This document shows positions 13,601 to 27,510 of a DNA stretch of 64,000 nt, in pieces. The stretch spans positions 62,001 through 126,000 of the forward strand of contig CBFFRP010000150.1 of the NCBI GenBank assembly GCA_965644295.1, given 5' to 3'. A model generated the notes under the pieces. The model did no database searches and was not told the origin of the DNA. It saw only the letters and a list, made by a program, of their open reading frames with translations. Source of the stretch: Paraphysomonas bandaiensis. Its lineage: Eukaryota; Protista; Chrysophyceae. The translations under genes and the position numbers were made by a program. The first letter of the stretch is position 1. The number at the start of each line of letters is the position of its first letter.

Positions 13601-14737
13601 TGTCCTTGTGACCTCGTCTTAAGAAGAATATCTCGTGCGCAAAGAACGGCACGGTAGCTGTTGTTACTGAAGCAAGCAGATGGTACTCCCCATAAGGCTA
13701 TCAATACACACCCTTTATCGTCCACTACAAACTGCCGCATGAACCCTCCACACATGGAAATACATCTCTGAGCCATGAGAAAAAACGGCTGAAGATCGAT
13801 AGCATCACAATCACGGGAGTATGATTCCAGTTTGAGGAACATTGTAGTCACTTCACGTAGCTCTGCGATAGTACTGAACGAAGCAGCATACATGGATGAT
13901 ACCACAGGAGGAGGAAGAAAACTAAGGACATGCCTCGAGCAGCACACCTGACCTTCATCAGATTCCTCATATCGAATTTCAAACCTATTGATAGGGTTTT
14001 TATTGATCTCAGGCATGGGTGTAATTGCGTCAATACGGAAATTCCCAGATTTTAGCACGATGGCATCGATTTTCTTATCAGAGAGGCATTCTACACACAT
14101 TGCAGAAGCAACAAGCTCTTTTCTCCGTGCATCCTTAAGACATGAAGAAAGGGCATCTATGCATTGTCCAGTAACCAGATACGACCAGTTGTCATGATAT
14201 CCCCCCAGGAGGGCCAATGACATACAACCATAGCTGATTGCCACATGAGCAGTGAGATTTTCTGTTTCAAGATCTTTCAGCGCAATACCACATTGTACAG
14301 CTCGCCAGCAACACTGATAGCCGGTCATATAATTGGAAGTGGGTTGAAAGACACATACCAATGAATCACCGGCGAATGCCACCACTATACATATGAGGAT
14401 AAGAATAACTCGTCGGATACATATATCCCTTACCATCACCGTCAAATGCATATATAATATGAATAAATGCACTGAGACATTTACTAATTCCACGTCTTAA
14501 GTTATCGAGACCTTTACTACCATCTTTACCTAATTTTCCTGCTAGTTTCGTGAATCCTGATATATCAGCAATCATACATGCTCCTCTAAACTGTCTTGAA
14601 TAGGATGTAATGTTTTCTTTATTAATAATTTCATTTAATAAAATATTTGGACAAAATGTTTTAATAGTTTTATTATATGCTACTAATAAATCATTTGCTT
14701 CTTCAAATATAGATATATGAGTTAAATCTCTTTCCAT
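10656..14737 (-). CDS. Soluble adenylyl cyclase (ADCY10/sAC-like): two class III cyclase domains plus a STAND P-loop NTPase
   Basis: C1 has ADISGFT and FAGDSL. C2 has RQFVVDDKGC and GDSVNTAARLM. Walker A EGSLGMGKT, Walker B IIVDNMH, then LKFASIIG and FAFNNHYLREVIY. Two short introns near 14385-14431 and 11087-11145. The start ATG is inferred. Confidence 0.88.
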
Positions 14738-15201
14738 TATGACTTTGTAATAGGGGGGAAGATATGCCAATAAATGGCTTTATAGATAGATCTTGTTGGT
14801 TCCAGTGATATATGTACATATCTTAGTATGAGTATGTACCATATACTGTAACTATATATATATATATATATAGGAGCTCATACTAATTGTTGTATCTGAC
14901 GTTCAAAAGAGAACTTCATTTTTATATAGATATTATTTAATGGAGGATTCTATATGTTATGAATATTGAAGTCAGAAGTCGAAGTTCATGAGGATTATAT
15001 TCTTTAATAATGACGTGTGAAGGGGGTTTTATGATATGGAAGAGGAGAACGGAGGTTAGAAAACAGTACTTTTCATTGAAAAATATAGAAATTTAGTGAG
15101 AGAAGATCCACTAAAAATTGGAATATTAGGATATATACTGCTAAAAACAACAACCAGATACTTCGTATACTGGGGGTGGTTGTGCATGTCGATTTTATTG
15201 A

Positions 15202-15291
15202 TTTGTTCATCGTTTTTCCATTAAAAAGTCACTTTTTTTCACTTTTCAATGAAAAAACGATGTTTTTTCAATGAAATAAATGATGAACAAA
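15202..15291. promoter_or_regulatory. Bidirectional promoter core: inverted repeats around AAGTCACTTTTTTTCACTTT
   Basis: 15208-15226 pairs with 15243-15262, and 15202-15211 pairs with 15282-15291. A near-identical motif lies at 55426-55447 in another divergent promoter. Confidence 0.4.
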
Positions 15292-15609
15292 ATGGATACG
15301 TACAATACATATGGGTCTCAATAATATACGTTCACGTATATCATCGTATATACCACTCACTTAACGTACGTCAGCATACAAAAACACCATCTCTCACACA
15401 CATATGACACAACTGCAAGTCCTACTTGTGTACATATATACCATATGAACATATGCATATATAACTATGCAACATTAAGATTCCATACTTGTCTCATTAT
15501 TACCTATCACATCATATCACTTGTCATACATATTCACCTATAGCACTACACCCTCTTATCTTTGCATTATACCTTATAATCCCACTCTAATACATTACAA
15601 TAAACCAAC

Positions 15610-17315
15610 ATGTCCACTAAGTATCAGTCACTGGATACACAACAGACACCTAAACACACTGATGAGAATCATTTCTCATTTATTGTTGCCTTTGCTTTCT
15701 CTATTAATTTTGCTATGGGTGCAGGTATATAGTTACGACCATCTATTAATATATCTCATGATGTTCATATCTTGCAAGGGTTCCTCTCATTACCCTGGGC
15801 TTTTTATCAAAGTGGTGTTATATTGGGACTCTTGATGTTCATTGTGATTGCAATACCTCTTGTTCTGAGTATTCCTTTCAATCTTGAGGCTATGGCAAGA
15901 GCAGATGCGGTATTCCGCTTTCGTCGCCGCAATGACTCATTCAGAGACACTGATCCATTGGTGAATACTGAAACTGGAGAGCCACAAACAATGTCCCAGT
16001 TAATGACCGACGGTAACCTTGTTGTAAAGCGAGACAAGTTCGAACTATATGAACTATGTGAACTTTTTATTGGTCCTGTGGCTAAATATTGTTTTATCGC
16101 ATGCTTGGTATTCTATACCTATGGTTGTTTGTGGGCTTTTGCCGCAGTTTTTGCTGAAGCTTTGACTGTCAGCTTTCCTTTACCGGTTGAAGAAGATTAC
16201 ACAGCATATTTAATCTACCTTGCTTTATTTGCCGCTATCGTTGTACCACTTTCGTGCATGGAGTTGAACGAACAAATGTATATGCAGGTAAGTTTCTGTA
16301 AGCATGTGTGGCTAATTACGAGTTCGTTGTTGCAAACGTAGTACTAGAAGCTCATCTGATACATGTTTTCGTCCTATTAGGTTTTCTTGGCAATCTGTCG
16401 CCTCGTGGTTGTTATTTTTATTGTTAGTACAGCCTTTATTGCATACGTAACTCATGACGACGTACTCGAGCATGCTCAACCTGCTCCTATGTTTAATATC
16501 CATGGCATTACCATCGTGCTTCCTGTAGCTGCATATGCCTTTGCCTTTACTCAGTCAATGCCAGCTCTATCAGAGCCGGTGAGAGATAAAACTGAACTGA
16601 AGTCTATTTTTCAGTCGACAGTTTATGCCTGTTTTATTGGGTATTCCTTAATTGGCTTAGTCGTCTCATTGGCATTCGGAGATGCAGTACAACAGTCTTG
16701 TAATCTGAACTGGAGCTCCTACACTGCTGGCGGTACTACAAATCCCTTTATTGCATTAATTGGAAAAATAGTGAAGCGATATGTGATCATGTTCCCTGCA
16801 CTTGATGTCGCGTCGGCGTTTCCACTGATGGCCATCACTTTGGGAAACAATATGTTTAGCGCCGTGTACGGGCACTCTTCGAAACGCATGGTAAGTGGTT
16901 TACTTTGGCACACATCGTATTATTGGAGTGATGTATATGACATATCATTTCGTGGTACTGTGCTGTATAATGCGTAATTCCTTGTTCATCGATGTGTAAT
17001 TCTTTCTTTATTATATTCTAGAGTCGCTGGTACACTATTGCGTTTCGCTTGCTTGCTGGCATTCCGCCTATATGTGGAGCAGTATTTGTATCAGACTTAG
17101 GTGAAATTACAGACTATACTGGAATTGCTGGTATTATTCTAGCCTTCTTTTTCCCTCCACTTCTTGCCAAGTACTCGGAGAAATATTTCGACAGTAAAAA
17201 ATGGAATCCTCATACAGTATATTCCAATGAATACAGCGGAAAAGCTATTAGAAGAGGAGTGTTTTGGTTCAGCTCTGCGTTGGTAGTTTTTGTCACAATA
17301 TCTAGTTTTTTGTAG
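15610..17315 (+). CDS. Amino-acid transporter family (AAAP, TMEM104-like) multi-pass membrane protein
   Basis: FSINFAMGAGFLSLPWAF first-TM motif, FYTYGCLWAFAAVF, FPALDVASAFPLMAITLGNN, about 11 hydrophobic segments and three GT-AG introns. Confidence 0.85.
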
Positions 17316-17588
17316 ATTGATCACCGCAAGCGTTTGTCTAAGTAAATTTTATTCTTCTGAATTTATCGACTTCGTGTCTTTTGGGTTACTCACAGCACAA
17401 AAGCAATATCTTTACTGAAAGGATCAGGCTTTAAAAACTGTTACGAAAAATAAATAAATCAATGGTGATCTTAAAAAGCAAGATACTTTGCGTTACTACC
17501 CGATAAATTAACGATTATAAAAAGTCGCCATACAAACATTGGATTAGTGTAAGTGACATATGTAACTAAATTACGCATTCTGCCAGAA

Positions 17589-19487
17589 CTACACATCTCC
17601 AGCATATCTCACAAGTCCAGCACTAAATGCTGGATCCGCACTGGCTACATATGCACCATGTACTGTTGGTTTTGATATGAAAACCTGCGTAGAGATACAT
17701 CATTACAATCACGAAACAAGAATATAAACAACATACCCCTCCCTGTATATTACACTTTTCTGCAGCCTCTAGCATAGCCTGCGCAACCTTTTTGTCCACT
17801 CTTTCATGCTCCAGCTATTTTACCGTGAATAGTATAAATCAATAAGAGTGAGAAAATTCAGCGTCATTAATTCCATAGTGTCATCATCATTTAAAATCTC
17901 ATGACAAATAGAACAAATGTATTCCTACTGCCACGTTACCTGTGTAAATAAGTCTCCTGATAGACCCGAACTAATGGCCATCACAGTAGGGCCAGCACCA
18001 GAAAGGAATACTGCGCTAGCTCCGGCAGTTACTGCGGCATCTATAAGTGGATTCAAGTGCGGATACATATTTTCTGCGCGTTGTGGCTGGTGAAGCCTAA
18101 AGCAATTCATCAGTGATTATGCAAGACTGGAGTCTGTGGAAAATGGGTTCAGTACCTATCTTGCACTCCATATTGCATCTTCTCAATATTGGACGTCGCA
18201 AGCGCATTGATTAACCATGCCACTCGACCTACAAAATAAAGTCAAAACAATATATATATACTGTCAAAATAGATTACACCCATCTCCAATAGCATAATAA
18301 AGGCCTATCGTGTATCATCAAGAGTTACCAATGTTAAAAACGGCATCTGCTCTCGTAACTGTGTCGCTGAGAAGTCCTCTAGCAATGCTAGTCTTTCCTG
18401 TCGAGTTTGGGATAAAGAAAACGCATTGCATACCTAGAAAGCAAGTTAGACTAACACAGTAGAACAGCAACTATAAACAAAGTCAATGTGAAATGTACCA
18501 ACCTATCAACTCAATCACAGTATCACATAACAGTGAAAACAAGATTACATCACATTCTAACCTGGGGGTAAATGAACGCGGTCAGATATCCATTTATCAC
18601 CCGTATGAATGCCTATCTGCACTCCCCCGTATATCGCAGGTGCAACGTTATCCGGGTGACCCTCTATTTCGGCTGCAAGATTAAAGAGAGCTTCGCTTCC
18701 CCACGTCTCCAGTGTGTGACCTACCACAACATGAGGGCATATGAATCAATGTTTAAAAGAGATACCCGCAAGTACGAGCCCTGCAACAAGTCCACCTACA
18801 ATGGCTGCAGAAGAAGACCCCAGTCCGCGCGCATAGGGAATTCGATTGTTGAGATGGTACTTTAGCACAGGCAGCGTCTTCCCAGCAGCAGTGAATGCCG
18901 CTGACATACCTGTAATATCATCTTACCCATATACACCAGTACCTGCCGTAGACACTTACCAAGGCATACGAGGTTCGTTTCATCAGTAGGTATATCATCT
19001 GCTCCTTCTCCCTCACATACGATACCGAAAGTATCACTGCGCTCAACAGTGATCTCGGTCCACATATCTATGGCCATTCCGACGGAGTCAAACCCTATCA
19101 AACATTTCATAGCGTGAGTAATCACACTGCATTCCCAGCAAAACACTACAGTGCATAACATAGCATAGAACATCAATGTAAAGAGCAGTACAGCATCATA
19201 TAGCACAGTATACATATGATAATACAGCAGTAACAGTGACCTGGTCCCATATTAGCTGATGTAGCTGGTACTCTTACAACAACTTTCTTACGTTCCATAT
19301 CAGTAGATGATTTTCTATCTATTATCACATGATTTGATTTCTTTAATCGTTTACAATGATATGGATTGATATGATGTGGTTGATGTATATCTTTGTAATT
19401 ATTTCTTAATTGTAATGATTTTACTAGTAAATAAACAGCACCTGATCCTAGAAGTAGTTTTGATAGATATGTAAGGCTTGATTCCAT
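17589..19487 (-). CDS. thrB: Homoserine kinase (GHMP family) with an N-terminal hydrophobic extension
   Basis: VRVPATSANMGPGFDSVGMA, IPYARGLGSSSAAIVGG, EGHPDNVAPAIYGG, LHQPQR and LSGAGPTV. Multi-exon. Confidence 0.93.
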
Positions 19488-20895
19488 GGATTCTTGATAT
19501 GATTGTATTCATTAATCATGTTTTGAATAAAGCAGAACAGTTTATCATCTTCTTGTATGTATCTATTCTGCTGCTGTGCATATATGCAGAGAATGTACAG
19601 TATGTATCCTATGTACCACTGATGTACAAACTGTACACTCCAATAATACCAGCATAAAAACAGGGATATCTAGGCACATAAACTGCTGGATTGATGGTAT
19701 CAAAATCGCTGTGGACAAAATCAGAAAAGGCAGCGTATCGGCATCCTTTGTATATTTTTGTTCAAAAATGCCTCATATATTGAGACAACAATTATCTGTA
19801 TTACAGCCGTAGTTGTATGTTAGTAATATAGATGAATTTTGCTTCAATTTATTTCCGAAACATAAGATGCCGACTGCCGATACGAGTACCTGCCTATATT
19901 TGTATACTGCTGCTGTACTGGTGTATGCAATTTGACGTAAACGGGCGGCAGTTGAGCCTAAAAGAACAATTCAGTACTTACAGTTGACTGGAATGAGAGA
20001 CTTGTTTCATATAGATGTCGGTCATTACGGTCACGAATCCAGTGTCAGTCGTGACAGCTAATAGTCAATAGATGAAGAGATAACTTAACTTGTTGTTCCC
20101 CTCCATTTGAACCGACCTCATCCGGTATTCCCAATACAAGGGACTCTTATTATACCGCTTATTATGCCTTTTACAACTGATTTGTGTTGGGGTCATGTTT
20201 ACAACGAATGACTAGTAGGTACAATTATCGTTGCAACTGGATAATACATGGCCGGAATATATGTCACTTAAGCGGAATATATATGGATTATCGTTGCACT
20301 GGATTATCGTTGATTGGGTGTACTGTATATTGTATATATGTTGCCACTAGCATATAGATATTAAAGATTTAGAGAGTAAAGTATTAATGTATTTTTCTTC
20401 TTACGAAGGTAACAAATTGTCTTAGATGTAGTTTATCTATGTCCAAATTATCTATAGGTGTATTATAGCCACAGAATAATAGAAGTTTTTTAATTACAAG
20501 TAGTCTGTTCTAGGTATTACGTTGCACCAACCTCCACAATCATGCTATCTTAAAAATGTTTACCTTCCACTCATTTCATTACGAAGAAAATTGGTAGACT
20601 GATAGACTGAGTCATAAAACGTCACTTATTATCAAAAACAATATTGCTACATACGAAAATCAATATATACTAAAACAATTTGATAACGCTGGGTGACTAA
20701 CGAAGAGGCCACATACTACATAGTCAAAACCAGGTTCGAACATCGCACTAAAGAATAGTGACATCGAGGCAATTTCAATAACGCCCACACAGCACAGTAA
20801 TAAACTAATATTGAACTCAAGCGACATAATATCTGTACCTTGAATTTAGCACAACTGATCCAGAACTGAATGCAGCTGTGAACACAGTTCTGCTG

Positions 20896-22788
20896 CTAGT
20901 GAAGCATTCCGTCTTTGTTCTGAATTGACGACGCCATCATCATTTGGGAAGCCGAATCATCTACGAAGGTAAATCCCTCAAAAGCTCTATCGAGGGAACC
21001 AAAGTAGGCTCCTCGTACATCAGGGGACACTGCAGGACGCATAATGTTAAGGCAAATACTATACATCATAAACACCTACCCACTGGCTCAATGGAAGTAA
21101 ACTCCTGGTCAAACAAGGAAGTATCGAGGGATCCAGAGAATTTTGGCTGCCATGGTGGAGAGATGTTACCGCTATATAAACGGTCCCAATCTAACCCGTA
21201 GAAGAAGCCGTGTGCTTTAATCTCTCCTGCATCTGCTTCACCACTCCCTAATCGCTTCTTCGGATCGCGAACAAGCAGATGGCGCAGGAGATCTTTAGCA
21301 GCCTATATGATATCAATAATATAAATCGAAGAATGCAATATAGAATTGACACTACTAGCACAGCAAAATACACACATAAGTACACACCTCGCTTAGAAAA
21401 GAGGGAAAATTGAGTTCAGCTTTCATGATTTTCTCAAACATAACCTCTCTGCTCCGACTGTAAAACGGGGGGAGACCAGAGAGCATTTCATACAGCAATG
21501 CTCCAGTAGACCACCAATCAACTGCCCGCCCATGTCCTTGTCGAAGGAGTACTTCGGGAGCGATGTACTCAGGCGTCCCACAGAAGGAATTAGCACCCGA
21601 GGAATCGTCGGAAACTCCCTCTTTGCTGAGACCGAAGTCCGTAAGACGAACATTGCCATGGTGATCCAGTAGTACATTTTCAGGTTTTAGATCACGGTAA
21701 ATGATATCCAGGCCGTGGACGTACTCAATAGCCAAGGTAATCTGAGCGGTGTAAAAGCGGGCCTGTGACTCGGGGAATCGACCCATTCGCCCAAGGTGAA
21801 AGAAAAGTTCTCCACCAGCACAGTAGTCAAGAACAAAAAACAGCTTATCTGCGGTCTGGAAAGCCATGTTGAGTCCCACAATAAACGGGTGGTGGACATA
21901 GCCGAGAACATTTCGCTCGGTCTTCGTGTGCTGCACCTGATTTTTACGGATAATGTAGTCCTTTTTCAGTACCTTCATAGCATAAAGAGTTGAAGTCTCT
22001 TTCTCCCTCACTAAGAACACCTTTCCGAAGGATCCCTTCCCAACAACTCGGATAATATCGAAAGCTTCCAAATTAATAGTGCGCTTTGTAGGTGGGGCTT
22101 CCACCTGTTGGTTCCCATCCCCCTGGGCCCCACTAGTAGCACGATTGAAAATAAACTCCGCCTCCTTGACAACCGATAGAGATTTAATATCCATACCATC
22201 GTTTTCATCCTCTGCCTCTTCCGTTGCCGATTTCTGTTGGGAAAATCTCCAGACATTGCTGGGCGGCGTTTTACTCATACCAATTCCTTCATCCATTTCC
22301 GTGGTCTCATCTTCCATGCCATCGTCCCCTTTGTCAAACATCTCATCCATTTCCATATCATCAAAGGAACCATTATTGCTATTTCGCCAATGAACGTCCA
22401 TGTAAGGTGGCTGCACATTCGCCTCTGCACACAGAAAGTGGTACATGGACTGTGTGCGGAGTATTAGTGGATTAGAAACGAGATTCTGCAACCAGTTATC
22501 AAGTGCATTTCTATTATTCTCCATTTTATCAGCCGCCAATACAGCTTCAGATATATATGGAACAGGGTTGATATCAGGATGAAGTGCTCTAAGTTGGTCG
22601 CTAATTCCAACGAATGATGTATAGCGCCGATATACAGTCCATGCCTGAAACGTCTCCTGCTGAACACATATAATGTATACAATATATGGTCCACTATGAT
22701 CTTGACATATACCATATCCAGCAACTAGTTAATAATATTATAATAAGATATAATGATAATAATATAAATTACCTTCTATTGTAAGCAT
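20896..22788 (-). CDS. PX-domain AGC Ser/Thr kinase (SGK/PKB-like)
   Basis: PX domain WTVYRRYTSF...LDNWLQNLV. Kinase motifs GKGSFGKV, YRDLKPEN, DFGLSK and SFCGTPEY. C-terminal hydrophobic motif FEGFTF. Confidence 0.92.
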
Positions 22789-23647
22789 GTTTATACTGTT
22801 AAATTATTAACTATCTATGAGAGGTAAGATACTAGGAAATAGATGTATCCTTAATATACTATCTACTTGGTTTTTAATCAAGGGATAAATCCTGTGATTT
22901 AACGAAGTTATAAGGGGTAAATAGTGAAAGATATAGTGGTCTATATATACTGCTGTTTAGCGAGTATATATGTATGTATATATAGTGTGATACTTGTGAT
23001 ACTACTGCATCCTATCGTAGCTACTATACTTTCTATACTACTCGTAGGAATTCATTCCTATAGACTACAATGTAGTGAGTGACGGATCTACTCATCCATC
23101 CATACATTACAATAGAATATATTAGGAAAAAAATGGGGGATTCCCCAATTCGGATTTCCGAATTCTTAACTACTACTGCAGAATTCTCTGAAATATAGAA
23201 TGAGAAATAATACACGGAGTACAATAGAATACATTCTATGTGAGTGTGTATTTTCATGTTTAACATATGAATGTGCACGGTATACCGGTATACATATCGT
23301 ATATAGAGTTATATCATATGGCTGGTTGCTATTGCAGTTTTTATATAGATGCGATATGCGTGCTGAAAACCTCATAGTTGTACTTGAGGTATACATTGTA
23401 CATTGAAGTTTTGTATAAGAAAATTCGGGATAATGGGAGTAATATGCTCTAATATAGCGAGTTTTTAAGTGCGACGATAAATCAGACCCAATCAGATTTA
23501 CTTCACATACCTCCCTGACGGTATAGTTACTTCTCATGGGAATTATAAGAATAACTGGTCCTCCATGTTGTAACCTTCAATACTAAGTGTTCATGTTATC
23601 ATTATTTCACTCAACGGAACCGATTAGGGAGTATCATAACATAATTA

Positions 23648-24814
23648 ATGCAAGGACCTATATTCGAAAGCATGATGCATAAGATTGATATTGTCACTGA
23701 TGAGGATATCAATGTCGCGACTAGCACTGAATCTTGGTCAAGTGGTGAAGATGGATTAGATCAAGAATTAGATGACATTGATTATCCCAGAGGGTCTTCT
23801 AATGGAAGATTTGATTTATTTCAAGACATGGGATTCTCCGTTATGGATAACTTCATGCCCTCTGGTGATACTGGATCCAATAATGAGCTACGTGCCTGCT
23901 TCAGTATATCCATTCCCTGTGATTCTAAAATGAATGGACTTGCGAACCCTATCCCAAGTAAGCCCTGTCAAGTTTCCGATAAAGCCTCCGTGGAGGATGG
24001 TTCTATCACGAAACACTTGCCTGCAATTGGCGAATTACGCACATTGCAGGCCCCGACTACACCTACAGCTACTATTCCTCAATATATGAAGGTCAAAGTA
24101 GAGCAACCCTCCACGAAATCCACTTCAGATTCTCTTCATCCAAAGCATGTGTACAAAACTGTGTCCGGTACGTACCGTGTTCAGATGAGTCGGGGTTGCA
24201 AGTCCAATCCTAACAAGAAGTTTAGTCGCAATGCACGCATGGAGGAGGATGCACTTTGGCTATGTGAGTGTGCGCTTGTTCTGATTGACCAACCAGGGTC
24301 GTTTAAAGATATGCTGCGGAACAGTAACTACCACTACTTGGTCCAGAATCAAATGGTTAGTTGCCCGGAGGACTTTATTCAGAAGCTTGTCGACAATATG
24401 TCTGACCTGAGTGCCCGTAGCCTTCTATCTTCTGATGAGTCTAGTAGGCTTAAACCCCTTCTCCAGGCACTAGTGTCCAGTGTAGGAATGGCAGCATCTA
24501 GCTCTCTGCTACCAATGGACCGATCTAGCTTTTCTATTACTGCGGTGTACTATGACGACAACAAGAATGAGAAGGATAGCCTGTCGCATTCCTTCCTTAA
24601 TTCTTTCTGCCCCCGAAAGACCACTAAGCGTAGGGTGGATCCACCTCGTTCTCCATGTAAGGAGTGGCAAGATATTATCGACTGTACTCAGTCAAAACGT
24701 CGTAGAATGGCTCCTGAATCACCTTTGACTGGAAATAAATGTGGTTCTCCTGTCCACCAAACGTCCCCTCAGTATGTGGTCTGTGGACCGGACTCTAGAC
24801 CTTTGGTACAGTGA
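23648..24814 (+). CDS. Intronless 388-aa protein, possibly a transcription factor with an AP2-like segment
   Basis: Long ORF divergent from the kinase. It has an acidic N-terminus, the segment KHVYKTVSGTYRVQM...KFSRNARMEEDALW, and basic NLS-like TKRR/KRRR motifs. Confidence 0.7.
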   Translation: MQGPIFESMMHKIDIVTDEDINVATSTESWSSGEDGLDQELDDIDYPRGSSNGRFDLFQDMGFSVMDNFMPSGDTGSNNELRACFSISIPCDSKMNGLANPIPSKPCQVSDKASVEDGSITKHLPAIGELRTLQAPTTPTATIPQYMKVKVEQPSTKSTSDSLHPKHVYKTVSGTYRVQMSRGCKSNPNKKFSRNARMEEDALWLCECALVLIDQPGSFKDMLRNSNYHYLVQNQMVSCPEDFIQKLVDNMSDLSARSLLSSDESSRLKPLLQALVSSVGMAASSSLLPMDRSSFSITAVYYDDNKNEKDSLSHSFLNSFCPRKTTKRRVDPPRSPCKEWQDIIDCTQSKRRRMAPESPLTGNKCGSPVHQTSPQYVVCGPDSRPLVQ

Positions 24815-25349
24815 CTTTTGTTTGGACAGAGAAGTTTTTTATTATTACTACATACCTGTTTTTTGATGTAATTCGCTTGTGGTAGTTATTCTACCGACCG
24901 TTGTGTGCTTGTTTTTTACTGTTTCCTAGTTCGCTAGATATTATTTACATACATTGGCTTTCTTGATTTATGAATGCGGTCTAAATCTATTTGCTGTTAA
25001 AGTTATGCGTTTTTTATATTAGGGATATATGTAGAGAGTTATCTCTCATACAGACTATACCTACTGCGAAGTAAATTTAATAAGAAGTTTTATGCAAGGC
25101 TTGTTGAATGCTATAGTTAACGTGATCACCATGACTTCCGCAGTTGTAAAGTCACATATAGATGTGAAGCACTGATGTAGATTTATTCAACATTAGCACA
25201 GTTTGAAAAACGAAAATAGAACTGAATTATGTGAAAATGGTAATAAGAAGTCAAATTACTATGTGAAACAGAAGTATCATGATTCTAGATATAGAAGTAT
25301 ATCAGTGGTTGCTATCAGGATGATTTTTTTGCGTAATGACACGACTGTG

Positions 25350-25823
25350 CCCTCAACAAAGTCGGACTCGCACCATTACGTGGTGTTCCGTGGGATAAGT
25401 AATGGAGATATTTCTCAGGGAAACTCACGTGAGCCGCATATATAGTCAGCATATTAATAGGCTAATGCATGTGTGGTACAAGGGACACTAACTACTGTCA
25501 CTTGTGTAGACGTATAGACGTCATGCCCTGACGAATAAGCAGGCACCCGAGAATGAGCCCACCTCAAGGGCATCAGGCGTATTGAGCTGTCTACTGAAGT
25601 CAAGCATCCGGGCTGCTCACCTTAAGGACTCAAAAATCCCGAAGTCCGGAGATATCAGGCATATCACCATTCTGCTTGCTCACTGCATTTGGTGCTAGAA
25701 CGAAAGTGGTTGCACCTTGGAGCTTGAGGTGACTCACAAGCAGCGTTCTTAGCGTAAATAGTGGAATATCAGAGTTGTTAACTCTTACACGCCTATTGCT
25801 AATAATCATACATTCACTACTAC
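25350..25823 (+). mobile_element. Non-coding retroelement family A, copy 1 (full length)
   Basis: Starts CCCTCAACAAAGTCGGACTCGCACC, ends CATTCACTACTAC, and is collinear with six other copies in the window. Confidence 0.85.
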
Positions 25824-27510
25824 GTAGCTGTATGCAATAATTGTAATCAATCTAGTCTGACGACTTAATATTTCTTTAACGATCTAATGCATAAAAGTCA
25901 ATATTAAAGGTTTAGTTACTACGGAGTAAGGCATTTTAAAGATTTTATGGTCTTGTGCTTACTCTATTCGTCTATATCATCTTTGGATTGTGCCACCACT
26001 CTGACTAATAGGCTGATGAAGTTAATGAGAAGCTGCAACAAGTTAAATTTTTTACTTATAGTACCTTAACCTTAAACACCATAAGAGCATTAATTGACTT
26101 TCAATATATTAGTTTCAAATATATCATGGTTTAGTAGAGAAATAAATAGAAAACATTATCATTTGCTGAAGGCGTACCCTAGTTTTGTGCTAGTGTTGAT
26201 TGAACTAGGCCATGAGAATATCTTTATTAAAACCCCGTCATAAGAAAAGTGCGAAGCAAGCTCCGATCTTCACATACTTGTGTGGCCCATACATAGTTAC
26301 ACATTCTGGTGGGAGGAGGGGGATCAATGCCTTTGTAGGCCTTAGCAATAGGCGCATGGATCATGCGTAACTATGACAAACCCTGTGATGTGAGGGCAAA
26401 AGTGGCCTTGGTATATATATAATCTGCGCAAGTTACGTACATATATAGGTATTGCATCGCTATAACAAGTCTTCGTGAACGCGAACACGGGTGGGACGGT
26501 AGGGTGGCTCCGGTGAAATCTTAAGGGCCGACCAATATATATATATATTGGTGAGCTGGCCCACAAGATTCTGAGTACCTTTCATTAGATATCATATTGT
26601 TGTACGTGTGGTGTATTGGCGAGCCTACAGTATGGCCACATTGTGTGAATGGGGCAAGCATGAAAAATTGTACAATCATATGAAAATACCATAGACACCA
26701 CGACAAAAGTTCCTGTATTATGTTTCAGCGGCAGGTGGGACAAGAAGAAATTGAATTGATACAGGAAAATTCCTCTTGTAAATAGAAGCTCTCCTCGCTA
26801 TAGTGGAATGACACCAACTGAAGTAGAAGCTATTTTATCACTGAGATGAATAGTCAGTCGGCTATATGTTCTAGCATCCTTGATATCTTGATGATATATA
26901 CCTTAAGAATTGAATGCATAGATATCATATGACTTGATGTGTGTCTGCCATCCAAAGTCAATATAAGTCATCGCCTTCACAGTATAACAGAAAGATAAAT
27001 ACAATGTGTCTACCCTCATCAATATCCAGATCACGTAAAGGAGATTAATCTGTCAGTGGGCCATCAGTAACATGCTCTACTTTGCTATTGCATCTCCGAA
27101 GAAGTGCTGTGCCTATATATAGGCAGCTACGTACTCCACTGCTGTGTGCTGGCACGACAAACAGCAAAAAAAGGGGTAAACAAAACTTGTTGAATAACTT
27201 TCAAACTGAAAAATTATGTGTCCCTAGAAGATCTCTGCGTCACACTTTGCCAGCTTCAATAACCCAAATTCAACACCGACCATAATGTGTGTATAGGAAT
27301 ATGAAGTGTAGTTTGAAGTTGCTTGTGCAGCAGAATGGCGTATTGATGAAGTAAGTGAATTTAATATATAAATCTATTGGATTGATACTTGATGATATCC
27401 TACTCGTACTGTAACAATACAATCCATTGATACTTATACTTCATACAGCAGTGTGTTATTGACGTACTACAATACAATCCGGTTGAATTCATATATATAT
27501 ATATATTTCA

